Shown here in pieces: positions 38,001 to 49,768 of a stretch of DNA of 64,000 nt. The position numbers and the translations under genes were made by a program. The first letter of the stretch is position 1. Each line of letters begins with the position of its first letter. A model generated the notes under the pieces. That model had not been told where the DNA came from. It ran no database searches and saw only the letters and a list, made by a program, of their open reading frames with translations. The stretch is from Mobula birostris (Eukaryota), in the NCBI RefSeq assembly GCF_030028105.1, contig NC_092381.1:62026505-62090504 (forward strand). The letters are read 5' to 3'.

Positions 38001-41000
38001 TCGAGTCAGCTCTACCATTAGATCATAGCTGAAATATTTTCCTTATCAACCCCATTCTTCTGCCCTCTCCTCATAACATTTGATGTTCTTACTAATCAAG
38101 AACCTATCACCATGAATTAGCCTCCACAGCAGTCTTTGGCAATGCATTCCACAGATTCACCACAATCTGGCGAAAGAAATTTCTCCTCATCTCATTTTTA
38201 AAAGAGATATCCTTCTACTTTGAGGCCCTGCCCTCTGGACCTACACTCTCCCACTATTTGAAAGATCCTCTCCACATCCATTCTATCTGGGCCTTTCAAT
38301 ATTTGTTAGGTTTCAGTGAGATTACTAAAACTCATTTAACTAAAACCCCCGTGAGTACAGACCATTGAACACTTCTCATACGTTAACCATTTCATATCCA
38401 GGACACCATTCTCAAAACCGCCTCTTACCAGCATATCCTTTCTTATATATGGTGCCCAAATCTGCTCACAATGCTGCAAATATGATTCTAGTCCTCAGTT
38501 TTCAAAGCCTTGTCCCCCTACTCTGCGAGTTGACAAAATTTTCAATGCTACTGATCACCTCATGAAATTCTGATGCAATGATTGGATTCAGAGAGAAAAA
38601 TAAACTTTCAACTTTGCAGTAGAAGACAGATGGGGACAAGCAGGATGTTCAAGCTGGGGTTAATAGATGGACCCACACTTATGCTTTCAGCTCTATTTCA
38701 ATTGAGAATTAATTAGTAGCCACAGCCCCTACACTACAAGAAAAATAACTGATTTCAAGATATCAGAGCTGTATTGCCAAGATTCCACCTGATATTTTCA
38801 AATGTAAATTAAAATTCAGTCTAAACAGACCAATTGTGTTGCCAGTTCAAAGCCAAAATGCATGAGGCCAAATCTGTTGAAAGATGGAATTGGACGTGCT
38901 GAACTCTCAGTTTCAAATGCTGAAGATCAACGGCAGCTGTAAGTTGTAAAGTCAGCCCCACACGGCCTGTATCAAGTGACAGAACCTTGGTATCTAATAA
39001 ATTAAAATCCATTTGCCTCTATGAAATGAGATGCGAAAAACAATCTCTCTCCAACAATCAAAATAGAGGGAATAACAAATTGTACAACTGAACTGTTTTT
39101 TTGGGTGACTATTGATCAGTTATCTATTTTCCTATTATACATTCCCAGGAACCTATTTTAATAGGTTTTGGTTATAAAAACATGCTGCACAACTTTACAA
39201 AGCTATGGCCACCTGCTGACTGTACCCAGCATGTGATCACATTCATAAACCTCTGACCATCACTGTGCATAATTCCACATCACCCAGATGTTCTTCTATT
39301 TTAAAAAATAGGGTTTTAGATTTTCACTTTCACTCTCAAATAAACTTTTTGAAAATTGGTTACTTTTCAGCACAATCTGCTACCACCAAGAATGGCAAAA
39401 CGTTATTTTAAAACACATTCTAGCTCATGTAGCCCATAACAAAATAATAGGCCACCTGGCCCTCCAAGTCTACCCCACCATTCAATATGATCATGGTTGC
39501 TCTATGCTGACTACATTTCCTTGATCTTGCAAATATTTATCTGTCTCCATCTCAAGTATAACTAGGGCAGTGTATTCCAGAGATCTGCTGCCCTCTGTAA
39601 GAAGAAACTTCTCTACAGTTATTTTTCAATCAGCACCACCCTATCCCCACCTATCAATCCCCACTGTCCTCTAAAGCAGATCCTAGAAACTCCAGCAGAA
39701 CTGTGTATGAATAAAACACAAAAAAATATGATAAACGTACACTTCATACATACCAGATATCAGCATGATCTTCAGTTGAAAAAAAGGCCAAAATATCACC
39801 AATTCCCAATGCTGACAATCTCTTGTCTTGCTTAACTTTTGACTAGACTTCTCTAGCACAGAATGGAGCAGAGAGAAAAAGTCCCCTTTGCTTTTATGGT
39901 GTTGAGTGATTAACAATCACCCAAATGCATATCCCACAGAGAGAAGTGATTAGAGCTACTACGGAACTACTGATGTATCCCAGGAAAGTAACAGAAATGG
40001 TGAAAGTTAGACATGTTTCTTACCACTTTCCCGCAGGAATACAACTTATTTGGATATTACATTCTTTTTGACACAAACTACAACACAAGTTTAGACTAAC
40101 TAACCTAACAGGTTAAAAAGAATGTTTATATTCCATACAAATTTCCTGTCACCCCACTCCTCATCACCTCTAATCCTTTTTCACTAATGCATCTGTTAAA
40201 CTTCTCTATAAACATGTAATTATACAGTGTGCGTGATTCCTGAAATGCAGGCTTTTGTGAATAAGGAACTTCAGTTATATTGATCAGCGTCGGTAAAAAG
40301 AACTTCACACTGGAGTTGACAGTTTCTAACAGAGCAGTTTGAAAGCTGCAACGAGAAAACTTCTACAGTGTTACATCACAGGTAAGGCAGGTAAATTGAT
40401 TGCTATTGTCTGTGGGCAATTTGAAGTTAACATATAGTATGCAACTAAATTAAACAAAATGATAAATTTCATTAACATTACCTTAAACACACAAAATGGA
40501 GGCAGGACAAAGATGTGTGACTGCTTCAATACGTGGGAGTATGTGGACATTTTTACCCAAGGCAATTACATCTGCACAAATTATCTGCAACTCAGTGGTT
40601 CTGGGCTCCATGTTGAGAAGCAGGAACACATGAATGAGACAGAAAGTTCTAGTGACCATTTGCTCCATAAGGTAGAGGACTGCCCCATCGATTGGTGACT
40701 GTGAACTCGGTCTATAATCAGAGACAGGTGTGTGCAATTGCAAACGGGGAGGCACACCATGATGTTGGCATTTGTCCAAGGCAGAGTCCCCTTATTCAAT
40801 GGAACCTGCAAGTGCTGTTTCAGATATTACCGCACTCAACACTGCTCGCTGAGATGAAGCTGTTGAGTTAGTGCTGGATTAGAGATTACAAAACACTGGG
40901 TTGATTTGATTTGAGGATCGCCTAGATATTATATGACACGTTTTCATCTTATCAGCATTGCTTGAACTTGATTCCAGCATTCAGAGAAGAATGGATGGAG

Positions 41001-44000
41001 GCATGCCTACCCAATTCTTCACAGAGCTTCAAGAATGATTGAATATCAGGAGAGAATGACCAAAGTTTCATCGTAAGATTTTAAAAGGAGTGGGACATTG
41101 AAGTATGAGGGGATGAAAAGGGGGCTTTCGGAAATAGGAGACAACATTTTACAACTGTTAAAGAAGAAGGACAAGTAAAATTAATACTTTTGCCCCATCT
41201 AAACCTTAGAATCAAAAACAAAGCAAATGAATTAAATCCAGCACAACCAAAGAACTAACCTGTGTTTAAGTCACGTCCAGGATTAAATGCTCGGCTATTG
41301 ACAGTCGTAGAAAGTCTGTCACAGCTAATAGTTTTTGAAACATTGGTGTTAAAATTCCCATCAAACCTGTTAAGTACAAAATTAAGATGTTTTGAACTTT
41401 TCACAGCAACATAACCAGGAAATGAATTCTGACTCAATTTCGGAATAAGCAGCATGAACAATGTTCTTCATTTCTAACAAAATCAATTTAACTTAGATTT
41501 GCATGTTTAACGTACTCAGAAGGAAGAAAATAGAAGTTCATTATTTCAGATGAGGGAAAAATCAAATAATAATTAACAATGGTGGTGAAATGGTTCTAAT
41601 CCCATTGCAGCAAATCAGGATGAAGAAATGCCAAAGTGTGTGATGGAGAGCTACTACTTACATGAAATCAATAATTTATTTTCACCACCACCCAACCAAT
41701 TCTCTTTAGAACATATTTTCATAAATGGGCATTCGCCTTACCTTATTGGCAATTATTTATGCATGCATCATATGACATCATAGCCACTGATACTCATATA
41801 ACCATGGCTTCTAGTGAGTATCTGAGAAATTAAGCTTCTGTTTTCTTAAGTTCCTGATTTTAAAGCAAGATACAAAGAGAGTGCCACTTGACGAAGCACG
41901 AGTCAATATTCATTGTGTGAACAAATGAAATGCGGAAAATACACAGCACCCCAGTCTTCAGCAGGCGGCTGGGAAAATTATTTTGTTTTATTGGACTCTG
42001 AAGCTAAACAAACTAATAGACATATTTTTGTGTTTGATTCTGCAACATAGAAGCAGCATAGCTGAAGTGCCAACGCAAGACTAGTTTCTGGTGCTGAAAT
42101 CAGATTTTAATGTCATAGAAATACAGTTATACACATCAAATTTGAGTAATAACACAAAAGATCTGTATATGCATTTCTAGCATCAGTGTTTCAAGCATTG
42201 CCTCTACTGCCTGTGGAACTGTTAGTCGCAGTGCTCCCTTACAGGCACAGGTTTAAACGCACATGGAGATAGCCATCACTTATTAATACGAAAGCAGTAT
42301 TAAAGCCTTCAAAGCCACACTGGCACTCCAGCCCCATTTCTTAAAATCACTTTGTGCTCTCCACAGTTATTCTGTCTACTTGTGAAACCTCTATGCTGTT
42401 GATTGGGGCTTTATTCACAATACCATCCAAATGTAAACTGTTATTGTTACTACACTCGATTGAAAATATATTCTGTAAGGCAAAAAGAAAGCACTGGGTA
42501 TTTTACTATTCTCTGTTTCCCCTGCAAAATGAAGATCCTACTTCACAACAAACCTTTGAGTCAAGTCTTCCAAAATATACATCAGAACACAACAGTGCTT
42601 TTCATCCAAGCTTGTTCATCCACATGTATACAGCGAGGACAAATTCAGGCATGCTTGTTAATGGACCCAAATATAAACTCATGGGAATGGTGTTAAAAAT
42701 AAGAAAAGGCACAGAAAGAGTTAAATGTATTTCTATAAAAGTTGCATGCCATTATTTCTTTAATTGCACACAAAACTACCCTAGTTTGTTTCAACTTGCC
42801 CATTGTACCAAGACTACAGCTGTGATGAGATTCTGCCTGCTCTTGTTGCATGATCAAAAGGCAGAATGAAATTCTGCTTCCAAAAGCAGTCACATTGCTG
42901 CAATTTCCCCCCCCCCCCCCAACTTCTTCCTGGATGGAATTTAATGAACAACTGATCGAAACACTGTCTCCAGAGAGAGACTGCAAGGCCTCAGTCACCC
43001 TCTTTGATCTCATTCCCTTTGGAAATGCCAGTTCAGTCTTCAACTTGCAAGGCACTTACTTGATTGATATATGCTCTGATGTGCTTCAGCACTTTGAACT
43101 TCACATAGTAAAATCCCATTGGATCAACCGGCTTCTATTCAACTGAACAGGATTTGTAAGGGAACTGGGGTTAATGCAGAACATAAAAACTACATACTTT
43201 GGCAGTTCTTTGAATTTTATTTCAAAACCCAGACTCTGAGCAAAGTCTAAATCAACTCAAATCAGATTGGCCTTATCACGCGAAACACATTTTTACAAGA
43301 TGTTTCCTCATATGGAAACTGGAAAGAAAATATATACTCAGACATACTTTCTAAGTCTGCCAGAACAGCTCTTCCCTATTAGTTAACCGATTCTTTTCTC
43401 TCCTCAAGCAATATATGCTGCATTTCGAAACGTTTGACCTCACCTACTCGCTCATTTTCTCTTCTCCCGGAGCATCAACTATATTGCGGTACAGTTACAC
43501 AGCACATTTAAGCTTCAGGCCACATATCCACGCCTACATCAACTGTAAGCTGGCAATTATTATTCTTCCATGTGGGATGTTAGAAGAAAACTAATCTTAG
43601 CTATACCTCATCATGAAACATTCAACCTCAGGCATAACCCAGTTCTTTCTCCCCAGATGTCAACTATAGGATTCCCATTGCTGATCCATCTACGAGCTTT
43701 ACATCACTGCAGCCCAAGCTGTAAGCCTGAAATCTTTCTAATTTGGTTTGTTCAATACCACTCAATCAGTTGTGTGTCCATCAACTGAGCCAATGTTTCC
43801 CTTTTGTCTGAAGTTACCCAAGGCACAAAATACTGACTTGAACTGAGAGGTATTATGGACACGTCCACCCATCCATCCAATACCATGATATGCGTTTTCC
43901 AGCTGATGTGGAAACTGCTTTTTCTTCCCTTCTGCTATGCTCTTGGACAGACTCCAGTTGTAACACTTTCAATGCAACCCAAGACAGCATAGCTCTTGGG

Positions 44001-47000
44001 CAACATACCAGATGGCTGTTATTTTCCCTTTTGGTGAAAGGAACCCTTAGGAGGCAATGATCATAATATGACTGAATCCATACTGCAATTTGAGAGGGAG
44101 AAACACAACTCACATGTATCAGTATTGCAATGGAATAAATGGAATTACAGAGCTACGAGAGAGGAGCTTGTCCAGGTGGATTAGAGGAAGAAACTGGTGG
44201 GGATGACAGTAGAGCAGAGTTGGCTGAAGTTTCTGGGAATAGTTCACAAGGCGCAGGTTAGGTACGTCCCACAGAAGTAGTTGTTCTCAAAAGGCAGGAG
44301 TAAGCAACTGTGGCTGACACAGGAAGGTAAGGACTGCATAAAAGCCCAGGAAAGGGCATATAAAGTCGCAAAGGTGAGTGCCAAATTGGATGAATGGGAA
44401 GCTTATAAAACCCAACAAAAGGCAATGAGAAAAGCTATAAGAATGGAAGAGATGAAATATGAGGGCAGACTAGCCAATAATATAAAGCAGGATACCAAAA
44501 GTTTTTTCAGTTATATAAAGAGTAAAAGGGAGGTGAGATTTGATATTGGATCACTGGAAAATGATGCTGGCTGTCGAGGTAGCAATAGGGGATAAAGAAA
44601 TGGCAGATTAACTTAATGGGTACTTTGCACCTGTCTTCACTGTGGAAGACACTAGCAGCATGCCAGAGCTCTGTGAGTGTCAAGGAACAGGAGTGGGAGC
44701 CATTGCTATTATAAAGGAAAAAGTGCACAGCAAACTCAAAGGTCTTAAGGTGGATAAGTCACCTGGAGCAGATGGACTACATCCCAGAGTCCCAAAAGAG
44801 GTTGCTGAAGTGATAACGGATGCATTGGTCATTCTCTTTCAAGATTCACTTATCTGGCATGGTCCCAGAGGACTGGAAGATGGCAAATGTCACTCCAGTC
44901 TTTCAGAAGGGGCAGGGGGGGAGGGTGGAAGGCAAAAGAAAGGAAATTACGGATCAGTTAGCCCAACCTCAGTGATTGGGAGTGTTGGAATCTATCATTA
45001 AGGATGAGGTTTCGGGGTACTTGGAGACTAATGATAAAACAAGTCAGTCAGCATGGTTTCTGTAAAAGGAAATCTTGCTTGACAAATCTGTTAGAATTCT
45101 TTGAGGAAGTAACAAGCAGGGTGGACAAAGGAAAGCCAGTGGATGTCATTTACTTGGATTTTCAGAAAGCTTTTGATAAGGTGCCACACATGAGGCTGCT
45201 CAACAAGATAAAATTCTATGGCAATATTGGAAAGATACTGGCATGGATAGCAGAATGGCTGACAGGTAGGAGGCAGTGAGTGGGAATAAAGGGGGCCTTT
45301 TCTGATTGGCTGTCGGTGACTAGTAGTGTTCCTCAGGGATCAGAGTTGTGACCGTTACTTTTTCACATTGTGAAATGATTGTCAATGATTTAGATAACGG
45401 AATTGATGGCTTTGTGGCAATGTTTGCAGATGGTATGAAGATAGGTGGAGGGATAAGTAGTGCTGAGGAAGCAATGCGATTGCTTTAGACAAATTAGAAA
45501 AATGGGCAAAAAAGTGGTCGATGGAATATACTGTTGGGAAATGTATGATGATGCATTTTGGTGAAATATAACAATAATACAGACTATTATCTAAATGGGA
45601 GAGAAGGTTCAAACATCAGAGGTGCAAAGGGACTTGGGAGTCCTTGCGCAAGACTCCCAGAAGGTTAATTTACAGATTGAGTCTGTGTTAAAGGCAGCAA
45701 ATGCAGTGTTGCTATTTATTTCAAGGGGAATAGAATATAAAAGGAAGGAGATAATGCTGAGCCTCTATAAGACACTAGTCAGGACAGCACTTGGAGAGTA
45801 TTGTGAACAGTTTTGGGCCTCATATATCAGAAAGGATGTGTTGTCATTGGAGAGAGTCCAGAGGAAGTTCACGATGATGATTCTGGGAGTGAAGGGTTTA
45901 ACATACAAGGAACATTTGGGAGCTTTGAGCCTGTACTCACTGGAATTTAGAAGAATGCCAGGTGATCTCAGTGAAACCTACTGAATGTTGAAAATACTAG
46001 GTGAATGTGGATAAGATGTTTCCTGTGGTGTGGGTATTCAGAACTAGTGGGTACAGCCTCAAAATTGAGGGACAACCCTTTTGAACAGCGGTAAGGAAGA
46101 ATTTTTTTAGCCAGAGAATGGTAAATCTGTGGAATGCTCTGCCACAGACTGCAGTGGAGGCCAAGACCGTGGGTATATTGAAGGTGGAAGTTGATAGTTT
46201 CCTGATCGATCAGGGCATCAAAGGATATGGCGAGAAGGCAGGTGGTATAGGGTTGAGTGGGATCTGGGATCAGCCATGATGGAATGGCGGAGCAGACTTG
46301 ATGGGCTGAATGGCCTAATTCTGCTCCTATGTCTTACGGTCTAAATATCTCAAGTGCACACTATTAGCAGAAGATTAATAAAAAGTTAAGAAAATAATTT
46401 TCCCCAAAGGTTTAGTGAAGTTGGATAACAAGTGCAATAAAATCTTTGTGGCACTGCATGTGTTGCTCTGGTTTTCCAGCATCTGCAGAATCTGTTTTGC
46501 TTACAACTTTGAACTTGCAGTTTCTGTTTTTAAATTAGTTTTAAACTTACTGCTGCATTTAATGATTAACTTTGTGTTCATGTTGATATACTTTCAGTGA
46601 TGAACCTACTTCACTCTTGATCAGTTGACGCGGGCAAAGTAGCTCTTTGAAAGGAAACTGCTGCAACTCCATAAAATATGACTTTGACTAATTGTCCATC
46701 GGGAGGTGAGAATAACCTCGCACTCCATTTCGTGCAACAACTGCAGTTCACCAAAGATACCCATATTTAATCTCCAAGACCTGCTAAAGCTATCCATGCA
46801 GGAATTACATCTAAACAATTACACTAGCTAGATATATGCCTACATATGACCACTTGACAAGTGCCATCAATTGGAACCTTTAACACCGTACAATAAACTC
46901 TGATTTCACTGCAATGCAGAATGCCTTCTTTGCAGCTCCTGATTACCTGAGACAGGGAGTGAATAAAAACAAATCACTGACAAGGCTTCTGGTGCCTTGA

Positions 47001-49768
47001 GCAGCTACAAAGCCAAACAGCTACACCAGTTCTGACCGACAATTTAGTAAATAACGAAACTGAATTTTTTTAAAAACATAAGGCTCTAATTTAAACGGAA
47101 ATTCGAGACAGCATATTGAAATTCTAGTTAACCGGCACCAAAGATGGGAGAAATCAAAGTGAGGCATGAAAGAAACATGAAGCAATTATCCATCAGCCAA
47201 AATAGGGGCAATGGTACTTAATTAGCCTATATACCAGGGACATTTCTAACATGACCATCCCTTTTGAGATTTTTCCAGTTTCCTCCTGAGAATTGAAAGT
47301 GCATTTCAGTATTCCCCAGAAGCTGAACCAAAATAACATGACTGGTCTCCATCAAAGACATGTTCATTCACCTGATTGCCTGGTGTACCTACGCCACTTT
47401 ATGGTACATCGGTGCAGAGATTACTTATCCATGGCGAAGAATTGCCGAGCGACTCTATGGTTCTCAAAGAGTCAGAGACATCTGTGCAGAGATTACTGAT
47501 CCAGATCAAAGAATGACCAAGCTTGGATTCCCAATGGTCAATAGAAAAGGGAAAAAAGAATCTCCTGTAGTGCAGGACTACTTCTCAGTAAATATAATTC
47601 TGTTACCAGTGCTGGGATGTTATGAAGATTATGAAGCATAGATTCTTATTTATTTATTTAGAGATCCCGCAAGAAATAGGCCATTTGAGCCAAGCTGTCA
47701 GCAACTGATCTAACCCCAGCCTAATCAAGGGACAATTTACAATGACCAATTACCCTGCTAATTGGTATGTCTTTGGACTGTAGGAGGAAACCGGAGTACC
47801 CAGAGGAAACCCACACGTTCATCACGGGGAGGACATACAAACTCCTTACAGATGACGTTGGAATTGAACTCTGAACTCCAACACCCCGAACTGTAACAGC
47901 ATTGTGCTAGCCACTATGCTGCCGTAGCACCCTTATCATCAATATGGAGGTCTTGTTCCATTACCAATCCTAGAATACTATTCTGAGATCTGGGTCTGCT
48001 GTACCTTTAGCTTCTAAGTTTAGCACTTCCCCTCTGGCAGTTTGTGGATATATTCTGTTTCGATACTCCTTAGAGAGCCAGGTCTCCTTTATGATTTATT
48101 TATTCCTTTCCCTTAATTTATCCGCATTGCTTTTTTTTCTTATGTAATAATCTAAATATTACATTCCACACAATTACGAAGATAATAGCTTTACCAATTG
48201 ATGTAACACACACAAATACACTCAATGAAGGTGCGTAGCCACTTATTTTAATGTAGCTTTACATGACTTAATTTAACAAAGTGCTTCTCAGAAATGTACT
48301 CTGAGAAGGAGATTGTTTGACACGTTCGCTTAGAAGACAATGCCTTTCAGGAAACTCCAGAGTAAGCAACTTAGATGACTGAAAGTACATGGGAGCAAAA
48401 CAGACTTGTGGCATGTGATTGAAGTAGTACTAGAAGCCATTGTTGGAGAGACTTGGAGAAGAGTGAAAGAAACTACTGAGAAAGATAATTACAGAAAGAT
48501 ATTACTGAGGTCAAACATTACTTAGAGTGGGCAAAGGTACAGATTGTCGAGCTGTGGACAGATTTGAGAAAGAACTGCAGAAGAGAACTGGCACCTATGC
48601 GACACAAAAGCATGGTATTTCACTATTAAATAGGGTGAGGTAGATCCTTCTACACTGGTGGAACAAAATGTGGCCTTTGTGGTGGAATGCAGACCAGGCC
48701 CAACACTCAGGTTATGTACTCTTCAGGTTAAAGTCTCAGGTTATGCAGAGTTCAGGTCAGTCCAAGACAATTTCTTGGGAGATAATAAAACTACTGAAGA
48801 TACAGAAATTATGACTTCATCTCCCTACAATCATCCACTTCTCACAAGACACTCAGCATCTGACCATAAAGATCATTGTGAAGTCCACTTTGGAGGACAG
48901 TGTGGGTACAGTTGCTAGTAGATGCAAGGTGAAAATGTCCACATCTATGATGTGGGCTAAATTCAGGTCACAAGAGACTAATCAAGCAAGTTTCAGATAC
49001 TGAAAGAGGATTTTTCTATATAAAGAAATCGTTATATCAAATAAAGATGAAAAACATCCCCAACATCAAAGAGGGAAACAAGAGTACAAGGAATTAGGAT
49101 GAAAAGTGTAGTGAGGATTGAGTTACGAATTTGAGAAACTAAGTAATGAAGAGAGGAAAGATAAAAGATGTGATGACTGGTTGACAAAGTGAAAAGGAGA
49201 TAAGGATTGAAGCGATGGGCTCTAGCTGCCCACGCTGGCATGGGCAATACCAAATTTAAAGCCCAGTCTGTGCTGAGTTAGTGGATGGAAGCTGTCATGG
49301 GAGTAACAGTACAATTGTACCAATGTGAGCGTGAAAGACAGACAAAACAAAAGCAAAGACTCTGTTATATAGTTAGGCAATATTTAAGTGTGCTGACCTT
49401 CACAAAAAACTACCCATTACACAACAGTGGGCTTTAACAATGGCACTGAGGCAATGGATCAGTACTCTTGCAGGAATCAATGAATAAGGGAGAGCATAAA
49501 ACATGTTGATTTGGTTATCACATCAGAATTGCTGCCCTTCTACCGATAAATTTTCAACATTGTACTGCCACATACAATCATTGTTAGAATCTGCAAATCG
49601 GTGTAAAAAAAATACCTACTCCATCATCGAGGGCGGAATAGTGCAGCAGTCTTGGATAGCCGTCAACGGTGACGTTAAGTGTGCTGTGTATGACGCTTCC
49701 ACTACTTGCTTGTTCCGATTCACTACATCGAGATAGCGATTAAACTTCTCTCTTATCTTTTTAGCCAG
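2005..49768 (-). CDS. CACHD1: CACHD1 partial multi-exon gene (exons equivalent to human 3-21; 2714 coding nt in window)
   Basis: 19 minus-strand exons with AG acceptors and GT donors (one GC) join in one open frame. The translation matches the recalled CACHD1 protein ([16 protein letters not shown]... DHGTS... [11 protein letters not shown]). Confidence 0.97.
2745..2975 (-). mobile_element. Degenerate V-SINE-like element
   Basis: catgtctttggattatggaaggaaa motif shared with the better-preserved SINE at 47650-47932. Confidence 0.5.
3168..4345 (+). mobile_element. Non-autonomous hAT (Charlie/Buster-like) element, copy 1
   Basis: TIRs (t)agtggtccccaacc / ggttggggacccctg; 8-bp TSD ctgtaaag (3160-3167, 4346-4353); transposase C-terminal remnant [22 protein letters not shown]. 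Confidence 0.92.
4731..5021 (+). mobile_element. 3' part of a non-autonomous retroposon with (aatct)n tail
   Basis: Homologous, in inverted orientation, to 35451-35745; ends aataaaagaggactg...ataatctaatctaa. Confidence 0.75.
5215..5375 (-). CDS. CACHD1: CACHD1 exon 20 (161 nt)
   Basis: [53 protein letters not shown]; ag / gtcagt. Confidence 0.95.
6540..6720 (+). mobile_element. Ancient Deu-domain SINE remnant (SacSINE1/AmnSINE1-like)
   Basis: ctgccttctcaggtggagggaaaagttcaaatggcagtat resembles the recalled Deu core. Confidence 0.4.
7055..7220 (+). mobile_element. CR1 ORF2 3' fragment
   Basis: [16 protein letters not shown]-type sequence as in other CR1 copies. Confidence 0.75.
7796..7912 (-). 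CDS. CACHD1: CACHD1 exon 19 (117 nt)
   Basis: [39 protein letters not shown]; ag / gtaagt. Confidence 0.95.
9065..9164 (-). CDS. CACHD1: CACHD1 exon 18 (100 nt)
   Basis: [33 protein letters not shown]; ag / gtaatg. Confidence 0.95.
9494..9616 (-). CDS. CACHD1: CACHD1 exon 17 (123 nt)
   Basis: [40 protein letters not shown]; ag / gtagtt. Confidence 0.93.
9892..10002 (-). CDS. CACHD1: CACHD1 exon 16 (111 nt)
   Basis: [36 protein letters not shown]; ag / gtaatg. Confidence 0.95.
10904..11085 (-). CDS. CACHD1: CACHD1 exon 15 (182 nt)
   Basis: [60 protein letters not shown]; ag / gtgagt. Confidence 0.95.
12580..12722 (-). CDS. CACHD1: CACHD1 exon 14 (143 nt)
   Basis: [47 protein letters not shown]; ag / gtgaga. 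Confidence 0.95.
15207..15242 (-). ncRNA. Minimal type-I hammerhead ribozyme motif (PLE pLTR), left arm
   Basis: AGUC CUGACGA A GGGUC UCG GCCU GAAA C AUC GACU: both core boxes, stem II and stem I present; stem III palindrome mutated (ACGU to ACAU). Confidence 0.75.
16938..16973 (+). ncRNA. Minimal hammerhead ribozyme motif, right arm (mutated)
   Basis: agtc ctgacga a gggtc tcg gcct gaaa agtt gact. Confidence 0.65.
18561..18729 (-). CDS. CACHD1: CACHD1 exon 13 (169 nt)
   Basis: [56 protein letters not shown]; ag / gtaaga. Confidence 0.95.
18835..19085 (-). mobile_element. Rex/Babar-like 3' tail fragment
   Basis: caagttcaagtttattgtca = reverse of aataaa plus a short tandem-repeat tail. Confidence 0.5.
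19293..21045 (-). mobile_element. Older Penelope-like element, 5'-truncated (RT C-terminus, GIY-YIG, pLTR)
   Basis: [18 protein letters not shown] (PLE RT), [15 protein letters not shown]; degenerate hammerhead near 19356-19391. Confidence 0.85.
21894..22011 (-). CDS. CACHD1: CACHD1 exon 12 (118 nt)
   Basis: [39 protein letters not shown]; ag / gtaggt. Confidence 0.95.
22590..24418 (+). mobile_element. Rex1/Babar LINE, 5'-truncated, frameshifted
   Basis: [43 protein letters not shown]; tail aataaacctgattctgat. Confidence 0.9.
25295..25418 (-). CDS. CACHD1: CACHD1 exon 11 (124 nt)
   Basis: [40 protein letters not shown]; ag / gtaaaa. Confidence 0.95.
25778..25927 (-). CDS. CACHD1: CACHD1 exon 10 (150 nt)
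   Basis: [49 protein letters not shown]; ag / gtgaga. Confidence 0.95.
26180..26490 (+). mobile_element. Ancient Deu-domain SINE remnant (SacSINE1-like)
   Basis: gcagcactgagaagctgctacactgttgttggagatgccatct resembles the recalled SacSINE1 consensus; heavily decayed. Confidence 0.45.
26899..27132 (-). CDS. CACHD1: CACHD1 exon 9 (234 nt)
   Basis: [27 protein letters not shown]...[11 protein letters not shown]; ag / gtaggt. Confidence 0.95.
27453..27582 (-). mobile_element. Short Penelope pLTR/tail fragment
   Basis: Similar to 15112-15235 (tctgcagatgctg...gcaggccaggcagcatc...tttcaggctgagacccttc). Confidence 0.8.
27930..28960 (-). mobile_element. CR1 3' tail plus older CR1 ORF2 fragment
   Basis: agaccataagatatagga tail matches 58636 and the reverse of 46320-46342; decayed ORF2 follows. 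Confidence 0.75.
30229..30378 (-). CDS. CACHD1: CACHD1 exon 8 (150 nt)
   Basis: [49 protein letters not shown]; tag / gtaaga. Confidence 0.95.
30565..30796 (-). mobile_element. tRNA-derived SINE with poly(A) tail and TSD
   Basis: Minus strand: A-box tagtgcagtgag, B-box gttcgaatcc, internal A-run, terminal A-tail; flanking direct repeat taccaaactagtt (30552-30564, 30793-30805). Confidence 0.85.
30965..31290 (+). mobile_element. Rex/Babar-like 3' end fragment
   Basis: [16 protein letters not shown] (cf. end of the Rex element near 24130-24190); tail ataaactctgactttgacttt. Confidence 0.7.
31847..33009 (-). mobile_element. Non-autonomous hAT (Charlie/Buster-like) element, copy 2
   Basis: Inverted copy of 3168-4345; 8-bp TSD ccatacac (31839-31846, 33010-33017); [23 protein letters not shown] remnant. 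Confidence 0.92.
33311..33407 (-). pseudogene. Diverged partial duplicate of the CACHD1 intron7/exon8 junction
   Basis: 44 of 51 nt identical to 30342-30392, plus an identical 15-mer attctgcattttagt. Confidence 0.85.
34460..34755 (+). mobile_element. CR1 3' end fragment
   Basis: cacagagggtgatgggcatgtggaatgatctgccagag (CR1 ORF2 end) followed by 3' UTR. Confidence 0.7.
34913..35129 (-). CDS. CACHD1: CACHD1 exon 7 (217 nt)
   Basis: [34 protein letters not shown]...TRIHS; ag / gtgagt. Confidence 0.95.
35451..36119 (-). mobile_element. Non-autonomous retroposon (about 670 bp), AAGATGGCGGC 5' end and (aatct)n tail
   Basis: Minus strand begins gagaagatggcggc; GC-rich 5' half; 3' half homologous to 4731-5021. 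Confidence 0.7.
36648..36792 (-). CDS. CACHD1: CACHD1 exon 6 (145 nt), start of VWA domain
   Basis: [48 protein letters not shown]; ag / gtaagc. Confidence 0.95.
37070..37285. mobile_element. Old short palindromic Penelope-pLTR-derived element
   Basis: ttttcaggtcaataatcttccatca followed by the inverted ctgatgacaagttattaacccaaaatgtt; flanks resemble the PLE pLTR. Confidence 0.45.
37714..37840 (-). CDS. CACHD1: CACHD1 exon 5 (127 nt)
   Basis: [41 protein letters not shown]; ag / gtggga. Confidence 0.95.
37975..38475 (-). mobile_element. CR1 3' fragment
   Basis: cattccacagattcaccac, ctccacatcca; similar to 58636-59140. Confidence 0.75.
41260..41366 (-). CDS. CACHD1: CACHD1 exon 4 (107 nt)
   Basis: [35 protein letters not shown]; ag / gttagt boundaries. 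Confidence 0.95.
44033..46343 (+). mobile_element. 5'-truncated decayed CR1 LINE
   Basis: [38 protein letters not shown]; tail cctaattctgctcctatgtcttacggtct. Confidence 0.92.
47650..47932 (-). mobile_element. V-SINE (HE1-like) tRNA-derived SINE
   Basis: Minus strand: tRNA-like head (gcatagtgg, gttcaattcc), V-domain tgggtttcctctgggtactccggtttcctcctacagtccaaagacat, AT-rich tail. Confidence 0.8.
49620..49768 (-). CDS. CACHD1: CACHD1 exon 3 (149 nt)
   Basis: ag|[50 protein letters not shown]|gtaggt. Confidence 0.95.

Noticed and set aside
47406-47503. CRISPR-like repeat-spacer-repeat
   Set aside because: Only two repeats, vertebrate context and no cas genes.
48250-49330. Possible very old L2/SINE remnants
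   Set aside because: Purine-rich and suggestive, but too decayed to assign or delimit by eye.
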